DNA from: Actinomycetota bacterium
Lineage (GTDB): Bacteria > Actinomycetota > UBA4738 > HRBIN12
Length of the DNA stretch: 63,298 bases
Direction: 5' to 3'
Assembly: GCA_040005555.1 (NCBI GenBank)
Contig: JBDTYT010000002.1
Span: 1-63,298, forward strand
Both the position numbers and the translations under genes were made by a program. The notes below the pieces were generated by a model. The model saw nothing but the letters and a program-made list of their open reading frames with translations, had not been told where the DNA came from and made no database searches. Of the stretch, positions 25,562 to 34,835 are shown piece after piece (within the stretch, counting starts at the first letter, position 1; each line of letters begins with the position of its first letter).

Positions 25562-25891
25562 CTAACGGACCGGACCTCCCGGGCGAGGCAGTCCCTTCAG
25601 GACGTCTCGGATGTCCTCGAGCGAGGTCGCGACCGCGGTCGCACCGGGAAGGTCCCGATCCACCACGATCCGAAGCACGGGGTAGGCCCGGCGGGCCTCG
25701 GCGACGAAGCGTTCGAAGTCTCCGAACGCTACGACGATGTGCGGCCGCTCTTCGTTCAGCTGGGCGAGCGCTTCCGTCGCGGTCGTCGCCCCGGGCGCCA
25801 GCTCCCAGTCCGCGCTCACGCTGGCGCGCTTCAAGGCGGCGAGCGCCTCGGGGTCGGTCGCGACGCACAGGACCTTGAGCGCGCGGCACAT
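25562..25891 (-). CDS. Single-domain response-regulator-receiver-like protein (acidic pocket not clearly canonical)
   Basis: ATG 25891 lies 2 nt after the corA stop. KVLCVATDPEALAALKRA...PHIVVAFGDFERFV...LRIVVDRD has an alternating beta/alpha pattern like a CheY fold. Confidence 0.45.
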   Translation of the reverse strand: MCRALKVLCVATDPEALAALKRASVSADWELAPGATTATEALAQLNEERPHIVVAFGDFERFVAEARRAYPVLRIVVDRDLPGATAVATSLEDIRDVLKGLPRPGGPVR

Positions 25892-25893
25892 CG

Positions 25894-26865
25894 CTACAGC
25901 CACTCCCGCTTCTTGAACGCGCGGTACAGCAGTCCCGCAGCCACCAGCATCAGGCCGATCGCGAGCGGGTAGCCGATCTGCCACCGGAGCTCGGGCATGT
26001 TGCGGAAATTCATCCCGTAGATCCCGGCGATGAGCGTCGGGACCAAGATGATGCCGGCCCACGCCGAGAGTTGTTTCATGACGACGTTCAGGCGGTTCGA
26101 CACCTGCGCGAGCTGTGACTCGAGCGCCGAGGTGAGCAGGTCTCGGATGTTGTCGATGAACTCGATTGCCCGGATCACGTGGTCCTGCACATCGCGGAAA
26201 TACGGCACCAACTCGGACGTTACGAGACCCGGGTACTCCTGCATGAGGTCGATGACCTCGCGCATCGGGATCGCGAGGCGGCGGAACTTCACCACCTTGC
26301 GCTTCAGCTTGAAGATGTCCTCCTGCACGTCGGGGTCACCGGCCTCGGAGAACACGCGATCCTCGAGGTCGTCGGACAGGTCCTCGAGGCGCTCGACGGC
26401 ATCGAGGTAGCCGTCGACGATCTCGTCGGTGAGCAGGTACAGCAGGAACCCGATGCCCTCCCCCATCAGCTTCTGGTCCCGGCCGAGGCGCTGGACCGCG
26501 GTCTCGAACTCGAACAGCGGATCGCGCCGGATCGTGATCAGGTAGAAGCCCTTGCCCGCGAACAGATGGATCTCGCTGTCCACCAGCTCGTCCTGGTCGT
26601 CGATCGAGAGACCGTGCGCCGTGAGGAACAGGTAATCGGGATAGAACTCGACCTTCGAGCGTTGTCCCCACCGCTTGCTGTCTTCAATCGACAGCTCGTG
26701 CAGGCCGAACTCGGACTGGAGCTCGTCCAGTTCCGCGTCGGTCGGGTCGATGACGTCGATCCAGACCCGATGGTCACCGGCCTCGCGAGCGCGCCCGATC
26801 GCGAGTCGGTCGTACGGCATCTCCTTCTGGAGGGAACCATCCTGGTACACACGGCACGTGATCAC
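25894..26865 (-). CDS. corA: Magnesium/cobalt transporter CorA
   Basis: Trimmed to GTG 26865. Sequence: VWIDVIDPTDAELDELQSEFGLHELSIED.... C-terminal signature: GIYGMNFRNMPEL plus two TM helices. Confidence 0.9.
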   Translation of the reverse strand: MITCRVYQDGSLQKEMPYDRLAIGRAREAGDHRVWIDVIDPTDAELDELQSEFGLHELSIEDSKRWGQRSKVEFYPDYLFLTAHGLSIDDQDELVDSEIHLFAGKGFYLITIRRDPLFEFETAVQRLGRDQKLMGEGIGFLLYLLTDEIVDGYLDAVERLEDLSDDLEDRVFSEAGDPDVQEDIFKLKRKVVKFRRLAIPMREVIDLMQEYPGLVTSELVPYFRDVQDHVIRAIEFIDNIRDLLTSALESQLAQVSNRLNVVMKQLSAWAGIILVPTLIAGIYGMNFRNMPELRWQIGYPLAIGLMLVAAGLLYRAFKKREWL

Positions 26866-26914
26866 GGCGCGGCGAGCGTACCGCAGCGACCCGCCACCGG
26901 TAGACTCCCGCGCC

Positions 26915-27685
26915 GTGGCCGAGCTCGAGCCGCTCCTTCGGTACTGGCGTGCGCAGGACGACCTGTTCGAGCGCGTCGACCTCACGCCCTGGGGAGCCGT
27001 CGTCTCGGACGCCCGGTTCGCCAACGTGCACGAGGGCAACTACGCGCGGGTCGAAGCGCGCCGGCAGGTCTCGCTCGCCGACGTGGAGTCCTTCTTGCTG
27101 CCCGCGCTGGAACGGGTTCGATGCCGGCGCGTTCACGTCCTTCTGTTCCACCCGGAGGACACCACCGAGCTCCTTACCGAGGCCAGCACGCGTGGAGAAC
27201 GCGTCGCATGGGACCTCGTGATGTGCTCCTTCGGTGAGGCCGCGGAGTCGGACGGATCGACCGAGGAGATCCGCACGTTCGACGACGCCTTCTGGAGGAT
27301 CTACGACGCGTCGGGCGCGCTCTTCGATGTCGAGGACCAGAACGTGCTCGCCGACTACCAAGCCATCGAGCGCGGCGTCATGATCCCGGCCGGGCGACGT
27401 TGGTTCGCGGTGCTCGACAGTGGACGCCCGGTTGCCTTGTCCTCCGTCGTGGTGCTGGAGGACATCGGGTTCGTGGATCACGTCGTGACGTTTCCGGGGG
27501 CTCGCCGGCGCGGGTACGCGACCGCGCTCGCGCGTCGCGCGCTCGCCGAGGCGCACACCGCCGGTGCGGAACGCACGTACCTGCTCGCGGAGCCGGACGG
27601 CGTCGCCGCGAAGATCTACGAGCGGATCGGGTTCCGGCCGGTGACGCAGATCGCCAGCTGGATCGGCACGATCGACGCACGGTGA
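26915..27685 (+). CDS. GNAT family N-acetyltransferase
   Basis: GTG 26915 is the only start candidate after the divergent corA start. The C-terminal acetyl-CoA motif region is VVTFPGARRRGYATALARRALAEAHTAGAERTYLLAEPDGVAAKIYERIGF. Confidence 0.7.
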   Translation: MAELEPLLRYWRAQDDLFERVDLTPWGAVVSDARFANVHEGNYARVEARRQVSLADVESFLLPALERVRCRRVHVLLFHPEDTTELLTEASTRGERVAWDLVMCSFGEAAESDGSTEEIRTFDDAFWRIYDASGALFDVEDQNVLADYQAIERGVMIPAGRRWFAVLDSGRPVALSSVVVLEDIGFVDHVVTFPGARRRGYATALARRALAEAHTAGAERTYLLAEPDGVAAKIYERIGFRPVTQIASWIGTIDAR

Positions 27686-27723
27686 GCCGACCCGGCGTCG
27701 ATCGAGCGGCCGACTCGAGTCCC

Positions 27724-28590
27724 TTAACCGACGTCGGGTGGGGGCAGGTACCTCGCCCGGGCGACGCGACCGTCCTCGCGCTCGAGCACCCAGACCGAGC
27801 CCTTCTTCCAGTCGCGCTCGCCGGCGATGGCCGCCCCCCGGTCGACCAGGTGCATCACGACCGCGGGGATCACGTCGCCGTGACTGCAGAGAACGGCAGG
27901 GGCGGACGCCAGCTGGTCGAGCAGCACGAGCACATCGCTCGTCGCCGCCCCCTCCGCGAGGGCATCGGACGTGTCCACCGGAAGCCCCCGATCCAGGGCC
28001 AGCGGCCGCACGGTTTGCACGCATCGGACGTACGGGCTCGAGATCACCCGGACGACGTCCAGGCCACGGAACACCTTCACGAGCGCCTCGGCCTGCCGTC
28101 GCCCCTTCTTCGTGAGCGGGCGCAGCTCGTCGCGTTCCTTCCATCGCTCGCGGTCGCCGGCCTTCGCATGCCGAACGAGATACGCGGGCGCATCACCCGG
28201 TGGGACCGACGAGCGCAAGAGCCCTCGGTCGTGTTCGTACGTGAGGATCTCCATCGCCTCGGAGGGCGGGAGCCATCGCGCCTCGTCGACCTCGTCACCG
28301 GCCGAGAACGACCCGGCCAGCGCCGTCATCGTCCAGTACCGCACGACCTTATGTCGGCCCTCGTGATCCGCATACTCGATCGTTCCGAGGTCGGTCTCGA
28401 TCCGGCAACGCATACCGAGCTCTTCCTCCACCTCGCGGAGCGCCGTCTGCTCGTCCGTTTCACCCGCTTGCACCTTGCCCTTGGGGAACGACCAGTCGTC
28501 GTACCGGGGTCGATGAACGACGGCGACCTCGGGCGAACCTGCGGAACCGGTGCGCCAGACGATCCCGCCGGCCGCCCGGACGTCCGTCAT
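27724..28590 (-). CDS. NUDIX hydrolase fused to a histidine-phosphatase (SixA/PGAM-like) domain, MutT1-like
   Basis: ATG 28590 overlaps the upstream TGA (ATGA). Nudix box: GKVQAGETDEQTALREVEEELG. Second half: LVRHAKAG...LTKKGRRQAE...SSPYVRCVQT...CSHGD. Confidence 0.85.
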   Translation of the reverse strand: MTDVRAAGGIVWRTGSAGSPEVAVVHRPRYDDWSFPKGKVQAGETDEQTALREVEEELGMRCRIETDLGTIEYADHEGRHKVVRYWTMTALAGSFSAGDEVDEARWLPPSEAMEILTYEHDRGLLRSSVPPGDAPAYLVRHAKAGDRERWKERDELRPLTKKGRRQAEALVKVFRGLDVVRVISSPYVRCVQTVRPLALDRGLPVDTSDALAEGAATSDVLVLLDQLASAPAVLCSHGDVIPAVVMHLVDRGAAIAGERDWKKGSVWVLEREDGRVARARYLPPPDVG

Positions 28591-30068
28591 CGCCAGAACC
28601 GGAGCCGTTTGCGCGCCAACCTCTTCCACGCTTTCGGCCATGCCGCGAGCGCGGCGGCTTGCTCCCGGCGCTCCTGCTCCACGAGCATCCCCGCCACGAA
28701 CGCCGAACGCGCGCCCGCTCGAGCGGCGATCTCTCGCAGCCAGCTCTGGGCGACGACCGCGTCCTGGTGCTCGCCGAGGAGATCCTGCAGCTCGGTCGCC
28801 GCTCGCACGAAGGCAGCCGCCGACCGCTCGAACGCGGGGGCAAGCGCCTCGGCCGCGTACCGCGCGCGCTTGGTACGGATCCGCACCGTGTGGACCGCAG
28901 TATCGCTCGGGTCCTCTTCGAGCGCGGCGACGGCCGCACGCAGATGTCCCCAAGGCCGATCCATGGACCCGCTCAGAGCGGTCGCGGCCGAGACGTCTCC
29001 GTCGCCGACAAGGACGGGAACGTTCCCGGCCTGCACCAACCGGTCGAGCAGCGACAGATAGCGCGCTTCGCGCATCGAGCCCAGGAGCCGGTCCCGCGCC
29101 GTTTCCCTCTGGTCCTCGAGCCGCCGGAGCACGACGTAACCCTGAGCAGCATCAGCGGCTGGGAGCTCCTCAAGGCGCGTCCGGAGCCGGGTGAGCAGCA
29201 CGTCGGTATCGCGCACCGCTCCCAGCTCTCCGCCCAGCCAGCTGAGCTCGCTCCGAAGCGTGGCGCACCATTCCGGGTCCGCGACGGACCGGAAGGTACG
29301 CAGATCGGAACGCAGCCGCCGCGCCGCCACACGCATCGCGTGGACGTCCTCGGGATCCTCGCCCAGACGCACGCCGGCGTCGTGCTGGAGGAGACGGACG
29401 ACCGAGCCCGCGAGGCTCGCGCGAATCACCTCGGCCACCGTCGGATGCGCTCCGAGGGCGGCGACGACGACCTCGGGTGGAGCGTCGGCGCGAGCCCCGA
29501 GCGCGTGTAGGTACTTCGGGACGTTCGCCACCGGCCCCGCACCCGCGTCGCGCAGTCGAGCTACCAGCGTGTCGACGACGGCGCCGGAAAGCCCATCGGT
29601 GAGCTCGAGCTCCACTTCACGGAACCGCGCGGCGACGCGTCGCCCCTCCATGACGGAAACCTCGTCATCGACCAGTTCGCCGACAGGTTCGCCCGCCTCC
29701 GCACGCAGTGGTGTCCGTCGGCGCAGCGTGTGGAGGCGAACGACGGCCTCGAGCTCGCCCCCGCGCGCGTAGGCGGCGACCAGGTCAACCGCTTCGGGTG
29801 GAACCTTCTTCGCATCTCCGGAGAAGGTCCGCTCCTCACGCAAGAGGAACGCTCCATCGTGAGCGGGCGGGAGTTTCAGCGTCCATCCGTCGCCCGCTCG
29901 ATGGCGCAAGCTGCATCGCCAGCGAGCCAACCGGAGATCGCGGGTATCGACGTAGACGGTCGCGTAGCGACGCTCCTCGATCGGTCCGGAGCCGATGCCT
30001 TCGAACGCGATGTCCGGCAGCTGGAAGCCGGCCGGCACCGCGAACTTCATCTCACGCTCGGTGCTCAC
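28587..30068 (-). CDS. CYTH + CHAD domain protein
   Basis: GTG 30068 overlaps the ppk TGA. An alternative start is ATG 30050. The CYTH start is EREMKFAV. The long helical Arg/His-rich C-terminal half (VHAMRVAARRLRSDLRTF...VHTVRIRTKRARYAAE) is typical of CHAD. Confidence 0.85.
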   Translation of the reverse strand: MSTEREMKFAVPAGFQLPDIAFEGIGSGPIEERRYATVYVDTRDLRLARWRCSLRHRAGDGWTLKLPPAHDGAFLLREERTFSGDAKKVPPEAVDLVAAYARGGELEAVVRLHTLRRRTPLRAEAGEPVGELVDDEVSVMEGRRVAARFREVELELTDGLSGAVVDTLVARLRDAGAGPVANVPKYLHALGARADAPPEVVVAALGAHPTVAEVIRASLAGSVVRLLQHDAGVRLGEDPEDVHAMRVAARRLRSDLRTFRSVADPEWCATLRSELSWLGGELGAVRDTDVLLTRLRTRLEELPAADAAQGYVVLRRLEDQRETARDRLLGSMREARYLSLLDRLVQAGNVPVLVGDGDVSAATALSGSMDRPWGHLRAAVAALEEDPSDTAVHTVRIRTKRARYAAEALAPAFERSAAAFVRAATELQDLLGEHQDAVVAQSWLREIAARAGARSAFVAGMLVEQERREQAAALAAWPKAWKRLARKRLRFWR

Positions 30069-32128
30069 CGCCGTCCCGAGCGCGCGCGCTCGATGGCGAG
30101 CTCTTGCAGACGCGCTTGGGCGTTCACCTCTCTGCGGGTCACCACCTTGCGCCAGGAGCCATCGGAAGCGAGGCGCCAGGCGGCGGTATCGTCCGCAAGC
30201 TCGACCTTGAGGATGCCGTCGATCCTGCGCTTCAAACCCGTGTCGGTCACGGGGACGACCGCTTCCACCCGACGATCGAGGTTCCGCGGCATGAGGTCGG
30301 CCGAGCCGATGTAATGCCGGTAGTTGTGTCGCCGTCCGAAACGGAACACCCTCGAATGCTCGAGGTAGCGACCCACGATGGAACGCACCTTGATCCCGTC
30401 CGAGAGCCCCTGGATGCCCGGCCGCAAGCAGCAGATCCCCCGCACGATGAGGTCGATCGAGGCCCCCGCCTGCGACGCCTCGTACAACGCGTCGATCATG
30501 TCGGCGTCGGCGAGCGAATTCATCTTCATGACGATCCGCCCGTCCGACTTCGCCTCGCGCCCGATCAGCTTGAGGAGCTTGGGCCTCAGGTAATGCGGCG
30601 CGACCAGCAGCTTGCGGTATTCCCGCTGGCGGCTGTATCCGGTGAGGAGGTTGAACAGGTCGGTGGCATCGGCTCCGATGTCCGCGTCCGCGGTGAGGAG
30701 ACCGAGATCCTCGTACGTCTTCGCGGTCACCGGGTTGTAGTTGCCGGTTCCCACGTGCGTGTACAGCCGGATGCCGTCGGTCTCGCGACGTACGATGAGT
30801 GACATCTTCGCGTGCGTCTTCAACCCGACGACGCCGTAGACCACGTGGACCCCGGCTTCCTCGAGGCCTCGGGCGTACGTGATGTTCGCTTCCTCGTCGA
30901 AGCGCGCCTTCAGCTCGACGAGGACGACCACCTGCTTACCGGACTCGGCCGCCCGGACGAGCGATCGGATGATCGGGCTCTCCTGCGAGGACGTTCGGTA
31001 CAGGGTCTGCTTGATCGCCAGGACATCGGGGTCCTTCGCGGCCTGCTCGACGAACGCCTCGACGGAGGTCGCGAACGAGTCGTACGGATGGTGAACCAGG
31101 ATGTCGCCGGTACGGATGACCCTGAACAGCTCGGGTGCGCCGGTGCCGTCCGCGAGGCGAGGCTGCGTGACGGGCACCCACGGTTCCTGTTTCAGGTCGG
31201 GCCGGTCGAGCTCGTAGAGCTCCGACAGCGCGCTGAGGTCGAGCAGCCCGTTCGAGACGAAGATATCGGAGGGTCCGAGCTCGAGTTCGCGAACCAGCAG
31301 ATCGCGGGCTTCCTCGCTCATGGTTCCATCGACTTCGAGACGCACCGGGAGCGCGGCCCGTCGTCGCCTCCAGATCACGCTTTCGATCGCCGCCAGCAGA
31401 TCCTCCGCTTCGTCCTCCTCGACCTCCACATCGGCGTCTCGGGTCACTCGGAACGCGTGGTGCGACACGATCTCCATGCCGGGGAAGAGCTGGTCGAGGT
31501 GAACGGCGATCACGTCCTCGAGCGGCAGGTAGCGCTCGCCATCGGGCAACGGAACGAACCTGCTGAGCAACGTCGGTACCTTGACTCGCGCGAACCGCCG
31601 CACGCCGGTCATCGGATCGAGCACGATCACCGCGAGGTTGAGCGACAGGCTGGAGATGAAGGGGAACGGATGGGCGGGGTCGACCGACAACGGAGTGAGG
31701 ACCGGGAAGATCTCCTCGCGGAACATCGCTTCCAGGCCGGGGAGATCGTCCTCGGACAGTTCCTCCTGCGAGAGGATCCGGATGCCCGACTTGTCGAGGG
31801 CGGGCAGGAGCCCTTCGAGCGCGAGGTCGGCCCGGGCGGACAGCGCGCGGCTCCGCTCACCGATCGCCCGCAGCTGCTCGATGGGCGTCATACCGTCCGC
31901 CGTCGCCGCGCTCACCCCAGCCTCCACCTGCTCGCGGAGTCCGGATACACGGATCTGGAAGAACTCATCGAGGTTGCGGGCATAGATAGCGAGGAACTTC
32001 GCCCGCTCGAGGAGGGGCAGCGTCTCCTGTTCCGCGAGGGCGAGGACCCGGGCATTGAACTCGAGCCACGACAGCTCGCGGTTGAGGTACCGGCTGTCGG
32101 TGAGCTCGAGATGCGAAGGGGAAGTCAT
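30065..32128 (-). CDS. ppk: Polyphosphate kinase 1
   Basis: Trimmed to ATG 32128. Sequence: YLNRELSWLEFNARVLALAEQETLPLLERAKFLAIYARNLDEFFQIRV.... Two PLD-like HKD regions: GLKTHAKMSLIVR and YLEHSRVF. Confidence 0.95.
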   Translation of the reverse strand: MTSPSHLELTDSRYLNRELSWLEFNARVLALAEQETLPLLERAKFLAIYARNLDEFFQIRVSGLREQVEAGVSAATADGMTPIEQLRAIGERSRALSARADLALEGLLPALDKSGIRILSQEELSEDDLPGLEAMFREEIFPVLTPLSVDPAHPFPFISSLSLNLAVIVLDPMTGVRRFARVKVPTLLSRFVPLPDGERYLPLEDVIAVHLDQLFPGMEIVSHHAFRVTRDADVEVEEDEAEDLLAAIESVIWRRRRAALPVRLEVDGTMSEEARDLLVRELELGPSDIFVSNGLLDLSALSELYELDRPDLKQEPWVPVTQPRLADGTGAPELFRVIRTGDILVHHPYDSFATSVEAFVEQAAKDPDVLAIKQTLYRTSSQESPIIRSLVRAAESGKQVVVLVELKARFDEEANITYARGLEEAGVHVVYGVVGLKTHAKMSLIVRRETDGIRLYTHVGTGNYNPVTAKTYEDLGLLTADADIGADATDLFNLLTGYSRQREYRKLLVAPHYLRPKLLKLIGREAKSDGRIVMKMNSLADADMIDALYEASQAGASIDLIVRGICCLRPGIQGLSDGIKVRSIVGRYLEHSRVFRFGRRHNYRHYIGSADLMPRNLDRRVEAVVPVTDTGLKRRIDGILKVELADDTAAWRLASDGSWRKVVTRREVNAQARLQELAIERARSGRR

Positions 32129-32279
32129 CGTCTCCGAGGCTGTCGGGGCGGGCGGAGGACCGGTATCGGATGCTACGAGTGGCAGCGCCACGGGGCAAGT
32201 CCCGCCTTCGGGGGCAGCAGGCACGGCTGCGGGGCGTCATGTGGTACCAATGGCGGTGCGCCCCGACCCCGGAGAGACC

Positions 32280-32903
32280 ATGAAGCTGAAGATCTCGCAG
32301 CGCTCGGAGGAATTCTTCGAGCTCTTCGTGGAGTCCGCGAAGAACCTGCGGGCCGCCACCGAGCTGTTGAAGGACCTGATCGACGACTACACCGACGTGG
32401 ACCTGAAGGTGAAGCGGATCCAAGACCGCGAGCATGAGGGCGACGAGGTGACCCACGCCATCATCCGGCGGTTGAACACCTCATTCGTCACACCCATCGA
32501 CCGCGAGGACATCTACCAGCTCGCGACCGCCCTGGACGACGTGATGGACGGCGTCGAGGCCGTATCCGACCTGTTCCTCCTCCACCACATCGAGGCGCCG
32601 TTGCCCCAGATGAAAGCGCAGGTCGACGTCCTGCTCCGCGCCACACAACAGACCGAACTCGCTCTCGGCCTGTTGCAGAAGATGGACCGCGAGCGACTCG
32701 AGCCGTACTGGATCGAGATCAACACGCTTGAGAACGAAGGCGACCAGCTGTACCGACATGCCGTCGCCGAGCTCTTCTCCGGCGAGCACAAGGCGATGGA
32801 CGTGCTGCGATGGAAAGAGGTCATCGAGAACCTCGAAGAGGCACTCGACGGGACCGAGAACGTCGCGAACATCATCGAATCGATCGTCTTGAAGCACGCG
32901 TGA
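32280..32903 (+). CDS. DUF47 family protein (PhoU-like, phosphate-transport-associated), paralog 1
   Basis: ATG 32280 follows GGAGAG. Sequence: FFELFVESAKNLRAATELLKDL...EHEGDEVTHAIIRRLNTSFVTPIDREDIYQLATALDDVMD. Confidence 0.85.
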   Translation: MKLKISQRSEEFFELFVESAKNLRAATELLKDLIDDYTDVDLKVKRIQDREHEGDEVTHAIIRRLNTSFVTPIDREDIYQLATALDDVMDGVEAVSDLFLLHHIEAPLPQMKAQVDVLLRATQQTELALGLLQKMDRERLEPYWIEINTLENEGDQLYRHAVAELFSGEHKAMDVLRWKEVIENLEEALDGTENVANIIESIVLKHA

Positions 32904-32911
32904 CCCTCGGC

Positions 32912-33124
32912 TCAGCGCTCCTGCGTCTGGCCGCGTTCGGCCGCCTTGCGAGCCTTGGCGTCCTTGGCCCCGCTGAGCTCCTCGATGGCAAGGGTGATGG
33001 ACCAAAAGAGCGCGAGCCCGGCCATGAAGACGTTCAGAACGCGGAACTCGGAGGGCGTGACGGGGAGGAGGATGAGCGCGATCCCCGCGAGGAACGCGAA
33101 GAAGAACGGCCGACGACCGATCAT
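32912..33124 (-). CDS. Small membrane protein (70 aa) coupled to the PiT gene
   Basis: ATG 33124 shares one nucleotide with the pit TGA (TGATG). MIGRRPFFFAFLAGIALILLPVTPSEFRVLNVFMAGLALFWSITLAI contains two hydrophobic helices and is followed by a charged tail. Confidence 0.45.
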   Translation of the reverse strand: MIGRRPFFFAFLAGIALILLPVTPSEFRVLNVFMAGLALFWSITLAIEELSGAKDAKARKAAERGQTQER

Positions 33125-34116
33125 CACGAGAGGCCCCGCAGCGGGAGGTAACAGAGCCACGCGACGATGAAGGCGCCGGGGATCGTCAACACCCAGGCCC
33201 ATACGACCCGGCCCGCGACACCCCACCGAACCGCGGCCAGGCGCTGGGTCGTGCCGACACCCACGATCGCGCCGGTGATCGTGTGGGTGGTGGACACGGG
33301 GATCCCGGCGTGGGCGGTGAAGAAGAGGGTTCCCGCGGCCGCCAGCTCGGCGCTCATGCCGCCGACGGGGTTCAGCTTCGTGATCTTCGAGCCCATGGTG
33401 TGAACGATCCGCCAGCCACCGAGCAGCGTGCCGAGGCCGATCGCCGTGTGCGCCGACAGCACGACCCAGAGTGGAACGCTCGCCGTCTGGCCCACCACGT
33501 CGTTCGCGATGAGGAGCGCGAGGATCACGCCCATCGTCTTCTGGGCGTCGTTGGCCCCGTGACCGAGACTGAACGCGGCCGCCGAGACGAGCTGCATCTT
33601 GCGGAAGCCGCGGTTCAGCTTGTTCACCTTCTCGTAGCGATGGAACATCCAGAAGACGGCGACCTGGATCGTGAAGGCCAGCAGCAGGCCGAGGATCGGC
33701 GACAGCACGATGAACACGGCGATCTTCTGAAGACCGGCGGAGACCAACGCCTTCCAGCCGGCCGACGCGACCGCGGCGCCGGCCATCCCCCCGACGAGCG
33801 CGTGCGAGGACGAGGTCGGCAACCCGAGATACCACGTGATGATGTCCCAGACGATGGCTCCGATGAGGCCGGCGAAGATCACGCCGTTCGTGAGCAGGTC
33901 CTGGACGACCACGTCTTTGGCGATCGTGCTGGCGACGGCGGTCCCGAAGATGAGGAACGCCGCGAAGTTGAAGAACGCGGCCCAGGCGACCGCCAGCCGA
34001 GGACTGAGGACGCGGGTCGACACCACCGTGGCGATCGAATTCGCGGCGTCGTGGAACCCGTTGAAGAAGTCGAAGGCGAGGGCGACCGCGATGATGGCGA
34101 CGACCGTGATGTTCAT
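33124..34116 (-). CDS. pit: Inorganic phosphate transporter, PiT family
   Basis: FDFFNGFHDAANSIATVVSTR near the N-terminus and the repeated signature GHGANDAQKTMG. The protein is polytopic. Confidence 0.93.
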   Translation of the reverse strand: MNITVVAIIAVALAFDFFNGFHDAANSIATVVSTRVLSPRLAVAWAAFFNFAAFLIFGTAVASTIAKDVVVQDLLTNGVIFAGLIGAIVWDIITWYLGLPTSSSHALVGGMAGAAVASAGWKALVSAGLQKIAVFIVLSPILGLLLAFTIQVAVFWMFHRYEKVNKLNRGFRKMQLVSAAAFSLGHGANDAQKTMGVILALLIANDVVGQTASVPLWVVLSAHTAIGLGTLLGGWRIVHTMGSKITKLNPVGGMSAELAAAGTLFFTAHAGIPVSTTHTITGAIVGVGTTQRLAAVRWGVAGRVVWAWVLTIPGAFIVAWLCYLPLRGLS

Positions 34117-34122
34117 GCGGCT

Positions 34123-34740
34123 TCAGGCGTACTTCAGCACGACCGACTCGATGGTGTTGGCGATGTCCTCGCAGCGGTCGATGGCGGACTCCATCTCCGC
34201 GAGGATGTCCTTCCACTTCAAGACTTCCATCGCTCGGTAGTCGCCTGAGTACAGTTCGGCGATCGCTTTGCGGTACACGTGATCTCCATCGCGCTCGAAT
34301 CGGATGATGTCCGCCCACGCCCGGTCGCCCGACCTGGGAGCACGAAGGGTGCGGATCTCTCGAGCGACCGCGGTGGTCGCGCCCACGAGCACCTCGGCCT
34401 GCTGGCGAAGCTGCGGGACGGGCTCAGAGATCCGATGGAGCACGAGCAGATCGGACACTGCCTCGATGGCGTCGAGGACGTCGTCGAGCGACGAGGCGAG
34501 GTGGTGGATATCGTGCCGGTCCACCGGCGTGACGAACGTGATGTTCAACATGGCCATGATCTGGTGGGTGAGATCGTCGCCGTCGTGCTCGAGCTGCCGG
34601 ATCCGCTCGCTTCGTTCCCGCGCCCCCCCGATATCCACCACCAGTTCAAGGAGCTCTCGAGCGCCGGCCGCGACGTTGTCCGCGGCCTGCTCCAGCAGGT
34701 CGAAGAACGCCCGCTGTCGCGGGATCACCTGGAACGGCAC
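34123..34740 (-). CDS. DUF47 family protein (PhoU-like), paralog 2, immediately upstream of pit
   Basis: FFDLLEQAADNVAAGARELLEL...EHDGDDLTHQIMAMLNITFVTPVDRHDIHHLASSLDDVLD. Its stop lies 6 nt before the pit start. Confidence 0.85.
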   Translation of the reverse strand: MPFQVIPRQRAFFDLLEQAADNVAAGARELLELVVDIGGARERSERIRQLEHDGDDLTHQIMAMLNITFVTPVDRHDIHHLASSLDDVLDAIEAVSDLLVLHRISEPVPQLRQQAEVLVGATTAVAREIRTLRAPRSGDRAWADIIRFERDGDHVYRKAIAELYSGDYRAMEVLKWKDILAEMESAIDRCEDIANTIESVVLKYA

Positions 34741-34835
34741 GGACCCGGTCCTTCGAGCATCGCGCGGACCCTACCCGCGAGCGCGACCGTCGTCCACCCC
34801 AGCCCGTGGGGTCGTACCCAGGCCGCGCGGGTCGG

